Origin: Octopus bimaculoides
Taxonomy: Eukaryota
Reading direction: 5' to 3'
Length of the DNA: 64,000 nt
Assembly: GCF_001194135.2 (NCBI RefSeq)
Contig: NC_068983.1
Span: forward strand, 9,331,378-9,395,377
The notes below the pieces were generated by a model. That model was not told where the DNA came from and ran no database searches. It saw only the letters and a program-made list of their open reading frames with translations. A program made the position numbers and the translations under genes. This document shows positions 1 through 13,330 of the stretch, piece by piece; within the stretch, counting starts at the first letter, position 1, and the number at the start of each line of letters is the position of its first letter.

Positions 1-528
1 TGACGACCCATTTGCCAAAGACATGGCGATCTCTGATCTCTTATAATACTTTTTATAAAACTGTTTTTCCTTTATAGCTGGGGAAGTCCTCTGAAAAATA
101 ACGATTAATTACATTATTAATTCTGTCTTCACTCTCTAGAAAGCTCTCTGCATTATTGCTTTATTTCTAATAAATTGGTTTTATTTTTGTGATTTAAACG
201 GAAGACATGCAACGCCCATGCCTCTTCTCAAGACCTCTGAAGCTAATAGTGAAATGGTAACAAGCTACGCCCAGACCAGAGAACCAAATGCTTGACGCAG
301 TATGGACACCTAAAAGCGAAGTGTTAGAATTTAACTGCGTGAAAGTATATGCTTCCAGTCGAAAGAGCAGGCACGATCAGGCGTGCCATTAGTCTTTCAT
401 TCAACATCAGCTAAGAAAATATCTCTCATAGAGCTTTGATCGCTTCCTAAGTATGACTGTTTAGTGTAACAACATCTACCCAAGGTGCCATTACATAATA
501 CGATACCGAAACTTAGATTAAAGAATAC

Positions 529-854
529 TGGCGTGTTGTGGCGCACATCGTCGCTTACAACGACGTGGGTTCCCGTTGATCCGGTCAACGGAACAGCCTG
601 CTCGTGAAAGTAAATTGCATGTAGCTGAGTACTCCATGGACATGTGTGCCCTTAACGCAGTTCTCAGGGAGATCACATAATGTGATAAGTCTGGCCTTTT
701 GAAATTCAGGTACTACTCATTTTTAGTAGCTGAGTGGACTGAGGCAACGTGAAATAAATTTTTGGCTCAGGGACACAACGCGTCGCCGAGGAGTGAACTC
801 ACGATCTTACGATCGTGAGTCGAATACCCTAATCAATAAGCTACGTTTCTTCAC
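529..854 (-). mobile_element. tRNA-derived CORE-type SINE (family D), tail type 1
   Basis: Minus strand has a tRNA-like head, a CORE-like block (tgtgtcc..gagc..aa..tttatttcacgttgc..cagtccactcagct) and the same 3' half as family B copies at 9171 and 53980. Confidence 0.8.
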
Positions 855-1538
855 TTCAAGAATATTACATTTTCATTAAAAAAAACTAATCACTTAAATC
901 TATTAGCATACAAAATAAAATACGCAGTGTCATGTTCACCAGAAGTACTTTTTGCTGTGGCACGTGTGCCTTAATGACCCTAAGACTTATGCCAGTGGTG
1001 TGCATCCTACTTGTAGGGCCTTTCATGTTGGGCGGCTCAAAGGATAGAAATCAGATGAATATGGTCTCTCTCTATCCAGAAGTAAAAATGTATGCGCATA
1101 AGGTCGAACACCACTTACAAGAAAAAACGCCAAGTTACAGAATCATCGATGATAATTCCAAACGAATGAGACCTGGAAGACGAATGCCTTATAGTCCAGT
1201 GTCAAGAACAGTGGGGGAAAGACGTTGACTATAATCAACGTCTATGATATAGACGTATATATGATCATATATGTTTCACAGAGACCGACAGGCTTAAGGA
1301 ACATGTCAATTATTATTATGAAACTACGCCTATTTCACTAATTCTAACAGCATCTTATCAAATGTTCAGGCATTTTTCAGCGGGGAATAATTAGACAATC
1401 ATATATATTGTTAAATTCACCTACTGTAAACGCATACTACTTCACATGAAGCAAAGCCCTGTCTTGAGGCTATTAAATAGTGATTTTTTTTTTCAAGAAG
1501 AATAGCCATGTATTTCATAGCCATTATTTATAAATTAA

Positions 1539-1751
1539 AAGGTGGCGAGCTGGCAGAATCGTTAGCGCGCTGGACGAAATGCTTAGCGGTATTTCGCCCG
1601 TCGCTACGTTCTGAGTTCAAATTCCGCCGGGGTCGACTTTGCCTTTCATCCTTTCGATATCGATAAATTAGGTACCAATTGCGTACTGGGGTCGATCTAT
1701 TCGACTGGCCCCTCCCCCCAAATTTCAGGCCTTGTACCTATAGGAGAAAGG
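1539..1751 (+). mobile_element. SINE family A, full copy, tail A, 13-bp TSD
   Basis: Head ggtggcgagctggcagaatcgttagc, B-box-like gagttcaaattcc, central gtcgactttgcctttcatcctttcg; TSD atttataaattaa at 1526-1538 and 1752-1764. Confidence 0.9.
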
Positions 1752-1764
1752 ATTTATAAATTAA

Positions 1765-1975
1765 TAAGGTGGCAAGTTAGTAGAGTATTTAGTAGTGCGC
1801 GTAAAATGCTTAGCGGTTTTTCATCGTTTTTACGTTCTGAGTTCAGATTCCGCCAAGGTGGACTTTACCTTTCTTCCTTTCGGGATCGATAAAATATGTA
1901 GTAATTGAGGTCTGTATCGATGTAACCGATTTACTCACTTCCCTCGAAACTGTGGGCTTTGTGCTAAAACTTCAA
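1765..1975 (+). mobile_element. SINE family A, diverged copy stacked behind the previous one
   Basis: Same head and central block with more substitutions; starts immediately after the TSD of the first copy. Confidence 0.8.
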
Positions 1976-2984
1976 ACCACTTTAACAAAGTTAATAATCA
2001 ACTATTTATCAAGTCACAGATCTCTCCTTCGCCGGTTTCGAAATGCATGCGAAGACCACGGAGCACCTCCCACTTCATGCAAACCTAACCGTTTAAATTG
2101 TAAAATAATATTCTACCACCAGTTTCACACTGCTATTCATTGTTCAACATCATTGTCTCTATTATCATTGAAAGAAACTTTAATCCATTAAAACATTCTG
2201 GTATTACATAACATCAATATAAATCTAATGGATGCATTTACATTCTTCCAGTCCATCGACCATATTCCATCAACATAACTTTGTATGATGTACTCTTTCC
2301 TAATCCCTCTTTCAACAAAATAAATTCTACCGAAATTCCATCCCGTTTCCATTCATGTCTCTAAACTATTAGCCCACAAGAGTACAAACTAAATATCTAT
2401 TGTGTTAAAATATTCTCAAAATCTATAAGGTACTGAAAACGGTATTGATCTTATTCATTGATGTTGCTCTTTTTTTTTTCACTTAAGTTGTTTTATTTTT
2501 TCGTAGATGCTATTATTGTCTTTCAGTTTTGCGTCACAGCATCATATCTCCTCGATTTAAATTTGTAGAAGTAGAATTTGAATAAATGCATATGTATGAG
2601 GTTTATTGTGTTGCTTGTATTCTTGTATACTAGAACACAATGTCTAATTTATTTTACGTTCAACCACATACGCTATCGATAATTTATAAATAGAAACATG
2701 TCATTTTCCTAGATATATATATACTTAAAACTACTTTGTTTTTAAATGTAATATCGAAATAGTTGCTTTGAATGGCAAAGCAAATCTTACAACAATTTCT
2801 GTTGATCACTTCTGATTCTTGTATCTGCAATACTTAAATCTTTAAAGCGCATACTAAAAGATATTCTAAGACATACAATTATTACAAAATGGGAAATATT
2901 CAGCATAGGATCTGATATAGAATCACTATTTCGAGACGTTTTCTTATGGCTCAATTTCTTTAAACTGATTATGAGGATACAATT

Positions 2985-3240
2985 ATATGATAAGACTAGA
3001 AGTAGTATACCAATAGAGTATTAAATATTAAAGCGGGCGAACGTATTGCTTTGATGACGAATTTCATGAGAAAAATACGTCTGTGTCACTAGAGAACTCT
3101 ACATACATATTTTTATATTGATTTGGTCGGAATGAAAATTATGTCCGCTTGCTAAATTGCTCATCTGGTTTCTCTATGAAACTGCTAAGTTTTAGTGCCA
3201 GAAAATAAATAAATGAAGCATTAACAGTATTCTTTTACTG
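2985..3240 (+). pseudogene. Highly degraded Helitron/PIF1-like helicase fragment
   Basis: Translation VLNIKAGERIALMTNFMRKIRLCH*RTL has the spacing of the Helitron helicase motif LKxGxPIMLLRNLxxxxGLCNGTRL; stops and frameshifts present. Confidence 0.4.
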
Positions 3241-3738
3241 AAGATTGTCTCTGTGTGGAACTACTATCACAAAAACATTCTACAGTCTAAATGAATGTTA
3301 AAAAAAAAAGTGTTAATGCTGTATTGTTGAAATGCTGATGAAGCCCATTATCTGGTACTTTTAAGTTACAGAATAAAATATGTTAACTCGCATCTAAAGT
3401 GGTATAGAATAACGCTGCATCAGAAATGTCACATCATTAAAAAAATGATACTTCCAGTATTGAGTGATAGAGAGAGAGAGAGAGAGAGACAGAGACAGAG
3501 AGGCAGAGACAGAGAGAGACAGACAGACAGAGACAGAGATAGAGAAAGAGACATTTACAACTTGATATAAACAACTAGCTATGATGTAATGGTTGAGAGA
3601 AATACTTGATTATTTCTTTGGTATCATTGTTTTCCGGAAACAGCAAAAATCAAAAGCGTATATGGCTGAAAGAATAAAAATATGAAAAATAAAAGACATA
3701 TACAATATTAAACAATGCACTTGTTTTTAATAACTTTC

Positions 3739-3833
<95 letters not shown>

Positions 3834-3835
3834 AA

Positions 3836-3866
<31 letters not shown>
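3739..3866. repeat. (GA)n microsatellite; a related GA/GACA tract lies at 3469-3545
   Basis: Direct reading. Confidence 0.95.
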
Positions 3867-3967
3867 GGGGGGAACGTTAGAGAGTGAAATGTGTTTTGTT
3901 CGAAAAATCTATTATTTCATATGAAACAAAAACACGTGTTTCACAGAATATACTTTATTCCGTGGGC

Positions 3968-3990
3968 TACTACTACTACTACTACTATTA

Positions 3991-4028
<38 letters not shown>

Positions 4029-4102
4029 TCTACTACTACTACTACTACTATTACTACTACTACTACTACTACTACTACTGCTACTACTACTACTACTACT
4101 AC
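3968..4102. repeat. Compound trinucleotide microsatellite (CTA)n(CTG)n(CTA)n
   Basis: Direct reading; explains the poly-T/A and poly-Y/C ORFs. Confidence 0.95.
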
Positions 4103-6348
4103 TAGATGAAAACTGGGGAAATTTTGTTTGAATGGTATGTCGTTATTCCAAAGATATCAGAGTGTTACATGGAATGGAAAATGTCCTCCTCAAATTGAAT
4201 GGTGTCTCAAATACTTGCAGCAAGGTGGACTTAGATACAGGCATTCAACATCGCTCTCCTGTCTGTGTGCAGTCGGCTAACATATTAAGTCTAGTATCCA
4301 ACACATGAATAAGTTTTGGTGTTCAGCTTATATAACAAAATTATGTTAACGCAAGTAAATGCTAAATTTGTATAGCTAAATCTATAATAGTCATAGAAGA
4401 CGGGAAGTTGAAAGAAATAGCAACAATACATTCGCCTAGAGAATTAGGAATAAGTATAAGAAATAGGTCTTCACTGCTGTCTGAACTGAGCTGGTATAAT
4501 GTAATACTTGTATTTTAGGTAATGGTTTCTTGTGTCAAATCAAGTGCTTCTGCTGCATTTTTCGACATGCCAGGGTAAAAGTCTCTTAAATATCTCATTC
4601 AAATCGTAGGCAAACATCATAACTGCTTCTATATCAGATGTTACAGTTTTGAGGATATCGGTTTATTCGATACTATCTAGCTTAGTTCCTTAATTTACTC
4701 ACCTTGGAAGGATAATAATCGAAGCTGTATGCAGCGCTACTTGAATTCGGAAAACATACAGCTGGGAGAAATAACGCGAAGCATCTCTTCTGTCTCGCTA
4801 ACAACTGTAACTATTCAGCACCTGACACCCAGACCTTGTAAGAGACGATGAAAATATCAACGGATATTGTCTTGAAAATTTTAATGGGTTTAGTCAAAAG
4901 ATGGGAGGTTCTGATCACCCTTTTAGTGGGGACGTCTGGGGTTCGTGAAAGAAATGTAAGTTTTTATCAGATCTTAAATCTAATCCGAATTCTTGCTAAG
5001 TAGTGGATTGAATGTAAGATGACTGTAGTATAGATGTGGGTGACACACTGAACTACGAAATAAGTTTGCCACCTACGAAGAGAAATGAGCTTTCTTGAAA
5101 GCTTTGCACAGATTCTGTCAACGAAATTTCACGCACAAGGTTTATGGTAGAACAGACGAAACTAAAATGCCCCAACACGGAATCGAACTGGAAAACAGGT
5201 AACTTCTTAACTGCAGAGTCCATGTTCTATACGTGCTAAAAGTCATACTGAATTTTGCCAAAAGTACAGCTTATCACTACAACTCATCGCTGCAAATTAT
5301 CAGCACAAATTATCAGCTTCTCTTCATTATTTATTTTACAGATTGCATTTACTCGTTTCTGCTATAAATAGGTTCTCGATCAATCCTAAAATAACATTAA
5401 TTAAATAATGTATGAATAACAGCTGAAGATGTTTTCATGTATGTTTGGACTTGTATGAAACTTAAAATCACTTCACCATGGGTGTTATCGATTTATAAAC
5501 GAAAAGATTATTCCTCGGCATATTTTATTTAGCGTGCAGTAATCTAGAGCAGACTCTGACAAAACACATTTAACGCAAAAGATGCATCCCAATACCATGT
5601 GAAAACAAGATGAAACAAACGGAGAATTAAACAGGACGCTAAATTTACAGTATTTCGAAGTATTTTACATACTTGTGAATACGAAGAGATGAGCCGATAG
5701 ATTCCTCAGAAAGAGAATTCCACTGACTTGGGTCTACGCTCCTGACATGTCAAAAACCTCAAAAATATACATTACGCTATTCCCTAAATTGAGCAGAAGC
5801 TACAGTCGATCGCATGTCAGAAATACGCTACTGTTGTATAATTGGAATACGCCAGGAATGTCTGATATCAAAATGACAATGGCGGATATTCTAATCTAAT
5901 ATATCGAATACTAGTTTACTGAACTCTTTTTCTCATACACTCCATTATTACTTGAGCATTTATGCTTCAATGAGGAGGTTATAATAAAGTTTATATATAC
6001 CTGGAGTTATATATCGTATTTAATTAAACTACCTTAAATAATATTAGTCTATATTAAATATCGTTTTACCTCACCACATAAGTATTTCTAGATGTCAATG
6101 GTTCTTGTTTAGGGACATAGTATAAGACGGAGACAAGCACCTCCACCCAGCCAAGCCTGCATCCAGAGACACGTTTCTGACTCTTTGCTCGTCGAAGAGG
6201 TGCTGCTTCCTAGGGCTAAATAGCAGTAGTATTATTCCCTTCAGGGGACTGTCACATTAAGCTGACAGCATACAACTACCTAATCACATCACTACTGCAT
6301 AAATCTCTCTGAGAGAGATTTAGAAATGTATTATATATATATATATAT

Positions 6349-7238
6349 NNNNNNNNNNNNNNNNNNNNNNNNNNNNNNNNNNNNNNNNNNNNNNNNNNNN
6401 NNNNNNNNNNNNNNNNNNNNNNNNNNNNNNNNNNNNNNNNNNNNNNNNNNNNNNNNNNNNNNNNNNNNNNNNNNNNNNNNNNNNNNNNNNNNNNNNNNNN
6501 NNNNNNNNNNNNNNNNNNNNNNNNNNNNNNNNNNNNNNNNNNNNNNNNNNNNNNNNNNNNNNNNNNNNNNNNNNNNNNNNNNNNNNNNNNNNNNNNNNNN
6601 NNNNNNNNNNNNNNNNNNNNNNNNNNNNNNNNNNNNNNNNNNNNNNNNNNNNNNNNNNNNNNNNNNNNNNNNNNNNNNNNNNNNNNNNNNNNNNNNNNNN
6701 NNNNNNNNNNNNNNNNNNNNNNNNNNNNNNNNNNNNNNNNNNNNNNNNNNNNNNNNNNNNNNNNNNNNNNNNNNNNNNNNNNNNNNNNNNNNNNNNNNNN
6801 NNNNNNNNNNNNNNNNNNNNNNNNNNNNNNNNNNNNNNNNNNNNNNNNNNNNNNNNNNNNNNNNNNNNNNNNNNNNNNNNNNNNNNNNNNNNNNNNNNNN
6901 NNNNNNNNNNNNNNNNNNNNNNNNNNNNNNNNNNNNNNNNNNNNNNNNNNNNNNNNNNNNNNNNNNNNNNNNNNNNNNNNNNNNNNNNNNNNNNNNNNNN
7001 NNNNNNNNNNNNNNNNNNNNNNNNNNNNNNNNNNNNNNNNNNNNNNNNNNNNNNNNNNNNNNNNNNNNNNNNNNNNNNNNNNNNNNNNNNNNNNNNNNNN
7101 NNNNNNNNNNNNNNNNNNNNNNNNNNNNNNNNNNNNNNNNNNNNNNNNNNNNNNNNNNNNNNNNNNNNNNNNNNNNNNNNNNNNNNNNNNNNNNNNNNNN
7201 NNNNNNNNNNNNNNNNNNNNNNNNNNNNNNNNNNNNNN
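6349..7238. other. Assembly gap (N run) next to (TA)n
   Basis: N run. Confidence 1.
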
Positions 7239-7267
7239 TAGATATATGCATTGGTATATATTCTGTT

Positions 7268-7692
7268 CTACTCTAGGCACAAGGCCCGAAATTTTTGGGA
7301 AGGGGACCAGTAGATTAGATCGACCCCACCACGCAACTAGTACTTAATTTGTCGACCCCAAAAAGATGAGAGTCAATGTCGACCTCGGCGGAATTTGAAC
7401 TCAAAACATAAAGACAGATGATATACTGCTAAGTACTTCGCCCGGCGTGCTAACGATTCTTATCTCTTTATTGCCCACAAGGGGCTAAACAGAGAGGGGA
7501 CAAACAAGGACAGACAAATGGATTAAGTCGATTACATCGACTCCAGTGCGTAACTGGTACTTAATTTATCGACCCCGAAAGGATCAAAGGCAAAGTGGAC
7601 CTCGGCGGAATTTGAATTCAGAACGTAAAGACAGGAGAAATACCGCTAAGCATTTCGCCCGGCGTGCTAACGTTTCTGCCAGCTCACCGCCG
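7268..7692 (-). mobile_element. SINE family A dimer (tail-B monomer + head-truncated tail-A monomer)
   Basis: Two family A bodies head-to-tail, joined on the minus strand by ...gggcaataaagagataag|aatcgttagcacgcc. Confidence 0.9.
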
Positions 7693-9170
7693 ACTTTGTT
7701 GATATGAAATATTCTAAGAGAAGAAACGAAACTGTCTTATCTTAAGAAATATATGCAGCTCTAGGGATTTTCTCGTTTGTTATGTAATCCTCCGCAATTA
7801 CATTATTCCATGGAAATATGTATCGGCAGCATTAGAGAAATCTATTAAGATTTAATGTAATTTTGAACATTTATTTTATGAAACACTATTGAGAATATTA
7901 CAGTGAATGTCCTTGTTGAAAACCCATGACAGCCATTTTATTTTATGTAACTGTATACTTCTTTAAAACACGTATTTTACATAGAATTATTTAAACTACT
8001 TGAATATTTATTGATCAAAATGCTACTTCATTTTCTGAAGTACTCTTATTCAGCTTTAAGCTTCCTTAAGGGCGACAAGTTCAAAATCTTTTGTTTTCTT
8101 CTAGTTCTCTAATAAGCACTCTAAAATCTACGGAAAATAAACGAAAGCCATTAATTGATATCATTGAAAGTATTTGTTCCATTAAGGTTATGCATTTCAT
8201 ATTAATTGTAAAGAAACTATATCAAGTGTGTCTTCATAATTCCTTAGTTATTCATTGTGAACAATACCTTTTATATTCTTTATTATTAACTGGTTTTGAT
8301 AATTTAGGCGTGACGTCAATTGAAACGATTTAAGAATGTAAACAAAATTGTTGTTCTATAACATTTAAAACGTAAACATTACTTTGGAGACAGCAGGTTT
8401 AATCATCACAATATATAATATATATTCTTAAGAAACTGCCAAAAAACGAACGAATAATATTTTAATGTAAGAAAAAGAACGTATACTATAAATCAGTTTT
8501 AGTTATGAGAAATAACTGGAGATTATACGAAATAGAAGGAAACTGTGTATCTAAAAGGGAAAGCGACAGGTAATGTTCTATATATTTGGCACAATTGCTT
8601 ACATTTCTTATTTTGCGGCGTTGTAATTTATTTAATCTTATTATCAGCTCTAAGTCAATCTCGTCTGATTTGATAATATTTATATCCGCGGGCAATTACT
8701 CCTATTCTGAACTGCGAAAATTTCATACACTAAGTATTTGACCTCTGAACTTATTTTTGGAGGTTTGCTTTTCTCATTCGAAAATCTCTAATATAACTGA
8801 ACCAAATGTATTTCGAGGGATAATTTCATCCATCTATCAAAATGGTTTTATTTTAGATATTTATTACGAATTATAATTAAAATTAAGGCGGAAAATTTGG
8901 CAGCATTTTTAAATTATCAGATAGGACATTGCAGTATTAGTTCAGGTTCTTTATCGTCAGAGTTCAAATCATACCAGTTTTGCTTCTAATTCATACGGAG
9001 TCGTTAAATAAATTCTTATGCAAATAAACTATTTTGCTAAACTCTATATCAAAGCAAATATAAATCTCACCGGGAAGTGAGGCCGTGTTTTAAATATTTA
9101 TTTAGACCAATAAACAATTTCACTTGCTGCATTGTTTTCATTTTCTTAACCCATTTTACCGAATATCTAT

Positions 9171-9547
9171 TGTTGGCACTCCGTCGCTTACGACGTCGAG
9201 GGTTCCAGTTGATCCGATCAACGGAACAGCCTGCTCGTGAAATTAATGTGCAAGCGGCTGAGCACTCCACAGACATGTGTACCCTTAACGTAGTTCTCGG
9301 GGATATTCAGCGTGACACACTGTGACAAGGCTGACCCTTTGAATTACAGGCACAACAGAAACAGGACGTTAGAGTGAGAGAAAGTTGTGGTAAAAGAGTA
9401 CAGCAGGGTTCGCCACCATCTCCTGTCTCGTGGAGCTTTTAGGTGTTTTCGCTCAATAAACACTCACAACGGCCGGTCTAGGAATCGAAACCGCGATCCT
9501 ATAACCGCGAGTCCGCTGCCCTAACCACTGGGCCATTGCGCCTCCAC
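9171..9547 (-). mobile_element. tRNA-derived SINE family B, full copy with TSD
   Basis: Reverse complement of the 53980-54354 family; TSD acc(g/a)aatatctat at 9158-9170 and 9548-9560. Confidence 0.9.
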
Positions 9548-9602
9548 ACCAAATATCTATATATTTACAATAAATATTGCATAGTCCATCGATTTGGAAT
9601 TG

Positions 9603-9833
9603 TATTGGGTTGTCCGGAAAGTTCGTGCCGATTTATAGTAGCTTACCTTTCGACTTATTTGCCACGAAACCACCTCAATTCTGGGAAGAAGGCATTTTCA
9701 AGTTAACGGACAGATGGAGACGCATTGTGCAACAAAATGGTTCATGTTTGGTTGATTCAAAATGTGATGGCAAGTATTTACTGACCTTTTCTTTCCTTTA
9801 AAAATCGGCACGAACTTTCCGGACGACCCAATA
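9603..9833 (+). mobile_element. mariner-derived MITE (~230 bp)
   Basis: 32-bp terminal inverted repeats including TA (tattgggttgtccggaaagttcgtgccgattt, 1 mismatch); interior encodes a mariner C-terminus FATKPPQFWEEGIFKLTDRWRRIVQQNGS. Confidence 0.9.
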
Positions 9834-10395
9834 GAATTGCTAAAGCCTCAGACAGGACGCCTGCTTCGTGGAACCTTTCCCGGCTTTTTGAATTCTTACA
9901 CCATCGCCTACAACGACACATGAAGCGGAATGTAATCAATCGTTCCCTTTATTTGGGGCAACATTTGCAACATGGAGATGTCTGTCTTGCACATATGGAC
10001 AATAAATGATCTGTCATAACACAATAATGAAAAACTTTATCCAAGCTTTAAAATCTACATCCATACCTTCATAGACCATACTGAGGGCCACATAATGGCT
10101 AAAACCATCGAACGATTACACTTTTTGTACAACTTGTGAATTTTTAAAGTTGAATCTGCCAATGGCGTTTTATTGTATTTTTAACAAGGACATTTTATTC
10201 CCCATTGTCCTGATGGCTTAGTTACTTATTCATATAAATATTATCAGATCATGTTACACGGACCTGAGTCCATCGTTTGCCTCTCTCTAACTGGTTCTCT
10301 TTAATTATGGTAATTTCTTATTTAGACTAAAAGTTGGGATTTATAGAGCAGACATGATAAAAAGTAGTCAACCCATAAATATATCGTATTTCTTT

Positions 10396-10717
10396 CTTCT
10401 TTCTCTTGTTTCTCTCCTTCTTCTTCTTTCTCTCCTTTTTCTCTCTCTTCTTCTTCCTCTTCTTCTTCTCTTCTTCTTTCTCTACTTCTTCCTTTTCTTC
10501 TTTCTCTTATTCTTTCTTTTTTTCTTTCTCTTCTATTTCCTTTTCTTCTTTTTTTCTTTTCTTATGCTTTCTCTTTTTTCTTCTTTCTCTTTTCCTTCCC
10601 CTCTTCTTTTCCTTCTTCTTTTTCTTCTTTCTCTTCTTCTTCCTTTCCCTCTTTTTTTCTCTTCTTCTTCCTCTTCTTCCTCTTCTGCTTCTTCTTCACC
10701 CTCTTCAGCCTCTTCAG

Positions 10718-10763
<46 letters not shown>

Positions 10764-10795
10764 NNNNNNNNNNTCTCTCTCTCTCTCTCTCTCTG
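10396..10795. repeat. Polypyrimidine low-complexity tract (CTT/CT-rich) ending in (CT)n with a 10-N gap
   Basis: Direct reading. Confidence 0.9.
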
Positions 10796-11364
10796 GACAA
10801 GATCATTTATTAAATCATTAATATTTTAAAGACTATAGACATTGTTTCATAGTGATTTAACTGCTAGTCCTGGTAGGTCGTAGGGCAAGTTAGAGAGTCC
10901 TTTGTTGTTTCTGAATTTCTGCAGTGTTTGAAAGTAATCGGTAGTGTATAACATAATACTTCCTATATCATGACAACCATTGTTAGTCTGTGTATGTCTC
11001 CGTAACCTAGCAGCTTGGTAAAAAAAATGGGATCGATAAAATCAATACAATACTTTAGCCATAAGTAGGGCGATCGATTTGATTGACTTAAACCGTTGAA
11101 GGCGATGCCCCCAGCATGAGCATTGTCTAACAAGTACTAAAGTAGACAAAAACATACCAAACTAGAAATAAAGTATATTATATAGATTTCATTAAACTCA
11201 TGAAATAAGACAAATATCAATGTATTCTCAGTTGTAAAGTGTATATATATATATATATATATATATATGTTTGTATATATATATTTAAATACAATAGTAA
11301 TGTTTCTGCAATCTAATCTGCTCAGTGAAAATTCCAAAATTCATGTCATCTGCTGAAACGTAGA

Positions 11365-11476
11365 AATGGGTGACTCGAATTAATCCAAATTAGATATGCA
11401 GACGACAGTGAACGATATGCAGACGACTGTGGACGATATGCAGACGACAGTGGACGATATGCAGATGACAGTGGAG
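11365..11476 (+). repeat. 21-bp minisatellite (4 units), probably derived from a LINE RT YADD motif
   Basis: gatatgcagacgacagtggac x4 at 11393-11476 reads RYADDSE/RYADDCG/RYADDSG/RYADDSG, preceded by IR as in the RTE motif INNIRYADD. Confidence 0.7.
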
Positions 11477-12620
11477 TTACGAATTACTAAACATTGTCGA
11501 AACTTTATGAATATTCTACTCGCCTGTGTTAGTGATAGGAAAAACACCAAAATTCATCAGTAAACATTCAGAGGATAATAGTGGGATCTATGGTAGTAAG
11601 GCTTTTAATAGTGAGGTATGTAATAGTGTGGCATGTATATATAGATACATACATACATATATACATACATAAAGATGTACTTAAAATACGTTATAGTGAT
11701 GATTTCAGAAGTAGGTAACTCTATAAAACGTTTAGAGCAATATGTGTGCGTGTGTGATTGTGTCTGTGTATGAGTTTGTGTCTGTGTCTGTGTGTGTTTG
11801 TGTGTCTCTGTGAGTGTCTGTGTGTGTGTATGTGTTTGTGGGTTCATGTGTGAGTGTATCTGTGTGTGTTTGTGCGTTTCTATGCGTGTGTATATACTAA
11901 ATTTACTTCTGTAGATTTCCCATATAATTCAGAGCCTGTATGTATGTATGCATGCACGTATGTAGGTAGGTATATGTGTATGAATGTATGCGATTGTGTC
12001 TGTAAGTATACTTCGCTTTGTGAAGTCGATAGGGGATGATATGAGAGAAGTTTAGGGAATGATTTGAGAGATCTCTCGTCTTCGATTTGTTACGATCTGT
12101 ATATTTCCTATGTATTGTGTATCATATATTCATGTTGTTAAATTCATAGCAGTAATATGACAGAGCTTGTTCCATAAAATTATCTATAAATCATATATTG
12201 TCTAACACTTGTTTCATTCTGTTAAAAATCATTGTGTTGTTCTTTCATAGAGAAAAATATAAAGACATTTTATAGTTAAGAATGTTTATAACCCGCATTT
12301 TATATCTATACAGTTATCTATTTCTGGAAGTTTTTATGTGAAATTAAGTAACAAATTTCATTATTTCAACAGACAGAAGACATGAATCATATGCTTCGAA
12401 TTAAGAGTAAGTCATTATTTTTAAATAATAAAACTTTTTCAAGTCTTTTCGTATTTATATGCTACGATGTTTAAGTTGAATTCTCGAATTGTTATATTAT
12501 TTCTCTCTATATTGTTTTTTTAGTGTTTGCTGTGTGTAGGATTATAGACGATATACATATATACATGCATAAATATATACATACATTTATATATATATAC
12601 TTACACACACACACACACAC

Positions 12621-12653
<33 letters not shown>

Positions 12654-12989
12654 TACACACACACATATATATATACAGTGTGCGATGAGTAAATTGTCGC
12701 CATCTTATATCTTTAATTTCAAGCATGCATATTGTTTGTTTTTGATCTTGTCGACAACACAGTATTGTAGGGTCAGTTGGGCACTATCTCTGAGACGAAA
12801 AAACACCGAAACGCAATTCAGTCTGCCAGAAATAAGGAAACGATATATTGTACTGCTTAGCCGTCGCACCGGAAGCACCAATATGAACATTTCAGAATGT
12901 TTAGTTGTCAATCTGAGGAGATGTACCGAGAGCGATAAAAATCAAACAGCGACAACAGATGCTGAGATTTTCTTTTAACTTGGGCAGCA

Positions 12990-13330
12990 ATCAAAAGCCA
13001 CAAAGGTCAATGTCTCAGCAGTAAGGAAGATAAATGACAGTTTTGAATCCCATCTGCAAAGTACTCTTCGTTGACTGTCCAGGCAGATGAAACCCAGTCG
13101 ATGTAGTTGATGCCCTTCCTGTCGAAAAAGGGAATCGGTATGAGTTTCCTGGTACTTACTTTGCTTGGCCTCTTCTGCCAGTGTAAAACAGAGACTTGGC
13201 TCATACAAGTTATTCCATAAGCAATCTGGAAAATTCCATTAACTTCTGCAACGTTTTTGCCCAGTTTAACACAAAAACATTATTGCATAACGATCAACAA
13301 AACTGGATTCGCCCCAAGACTTGCATTTTA
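12990..13330 (-). mobile_element. Degraded, internally deleted mariner transposase
   Basis: Minus strand reads FCVKLGKNVAEVNGIFQIAYGITCMSQVSVLHWQKR (N-terminal HTH) fused to KVSTRKLIPIPFFDRKGINYIDW..TVNEEYF (catalytic region). Confidence 0.7.

Noticed and set aside
932-1228. 98-aa ORF
   Set aside because: No recognisable domain or splice support; Tc1 and RTE motif orders do not fit.
2960-3060. dUTPase-like motif DY...IKAGERIA
   Set aside because: Multiple stops, other dUTPase motifs absent; the PIF1/Helitron motif fits better.
3715-4109. ORFs with poly-ER, poly-Y/C and poly-T/A
   Set aside because: Translations of GA and CTA/CTG microsatellites.
6276-7280. Long X-filled ORFs (also near 19 kb, 48.2 kb, 50 kb and 60.9 kb)
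   Set aside because: Artefacts of N gaps.
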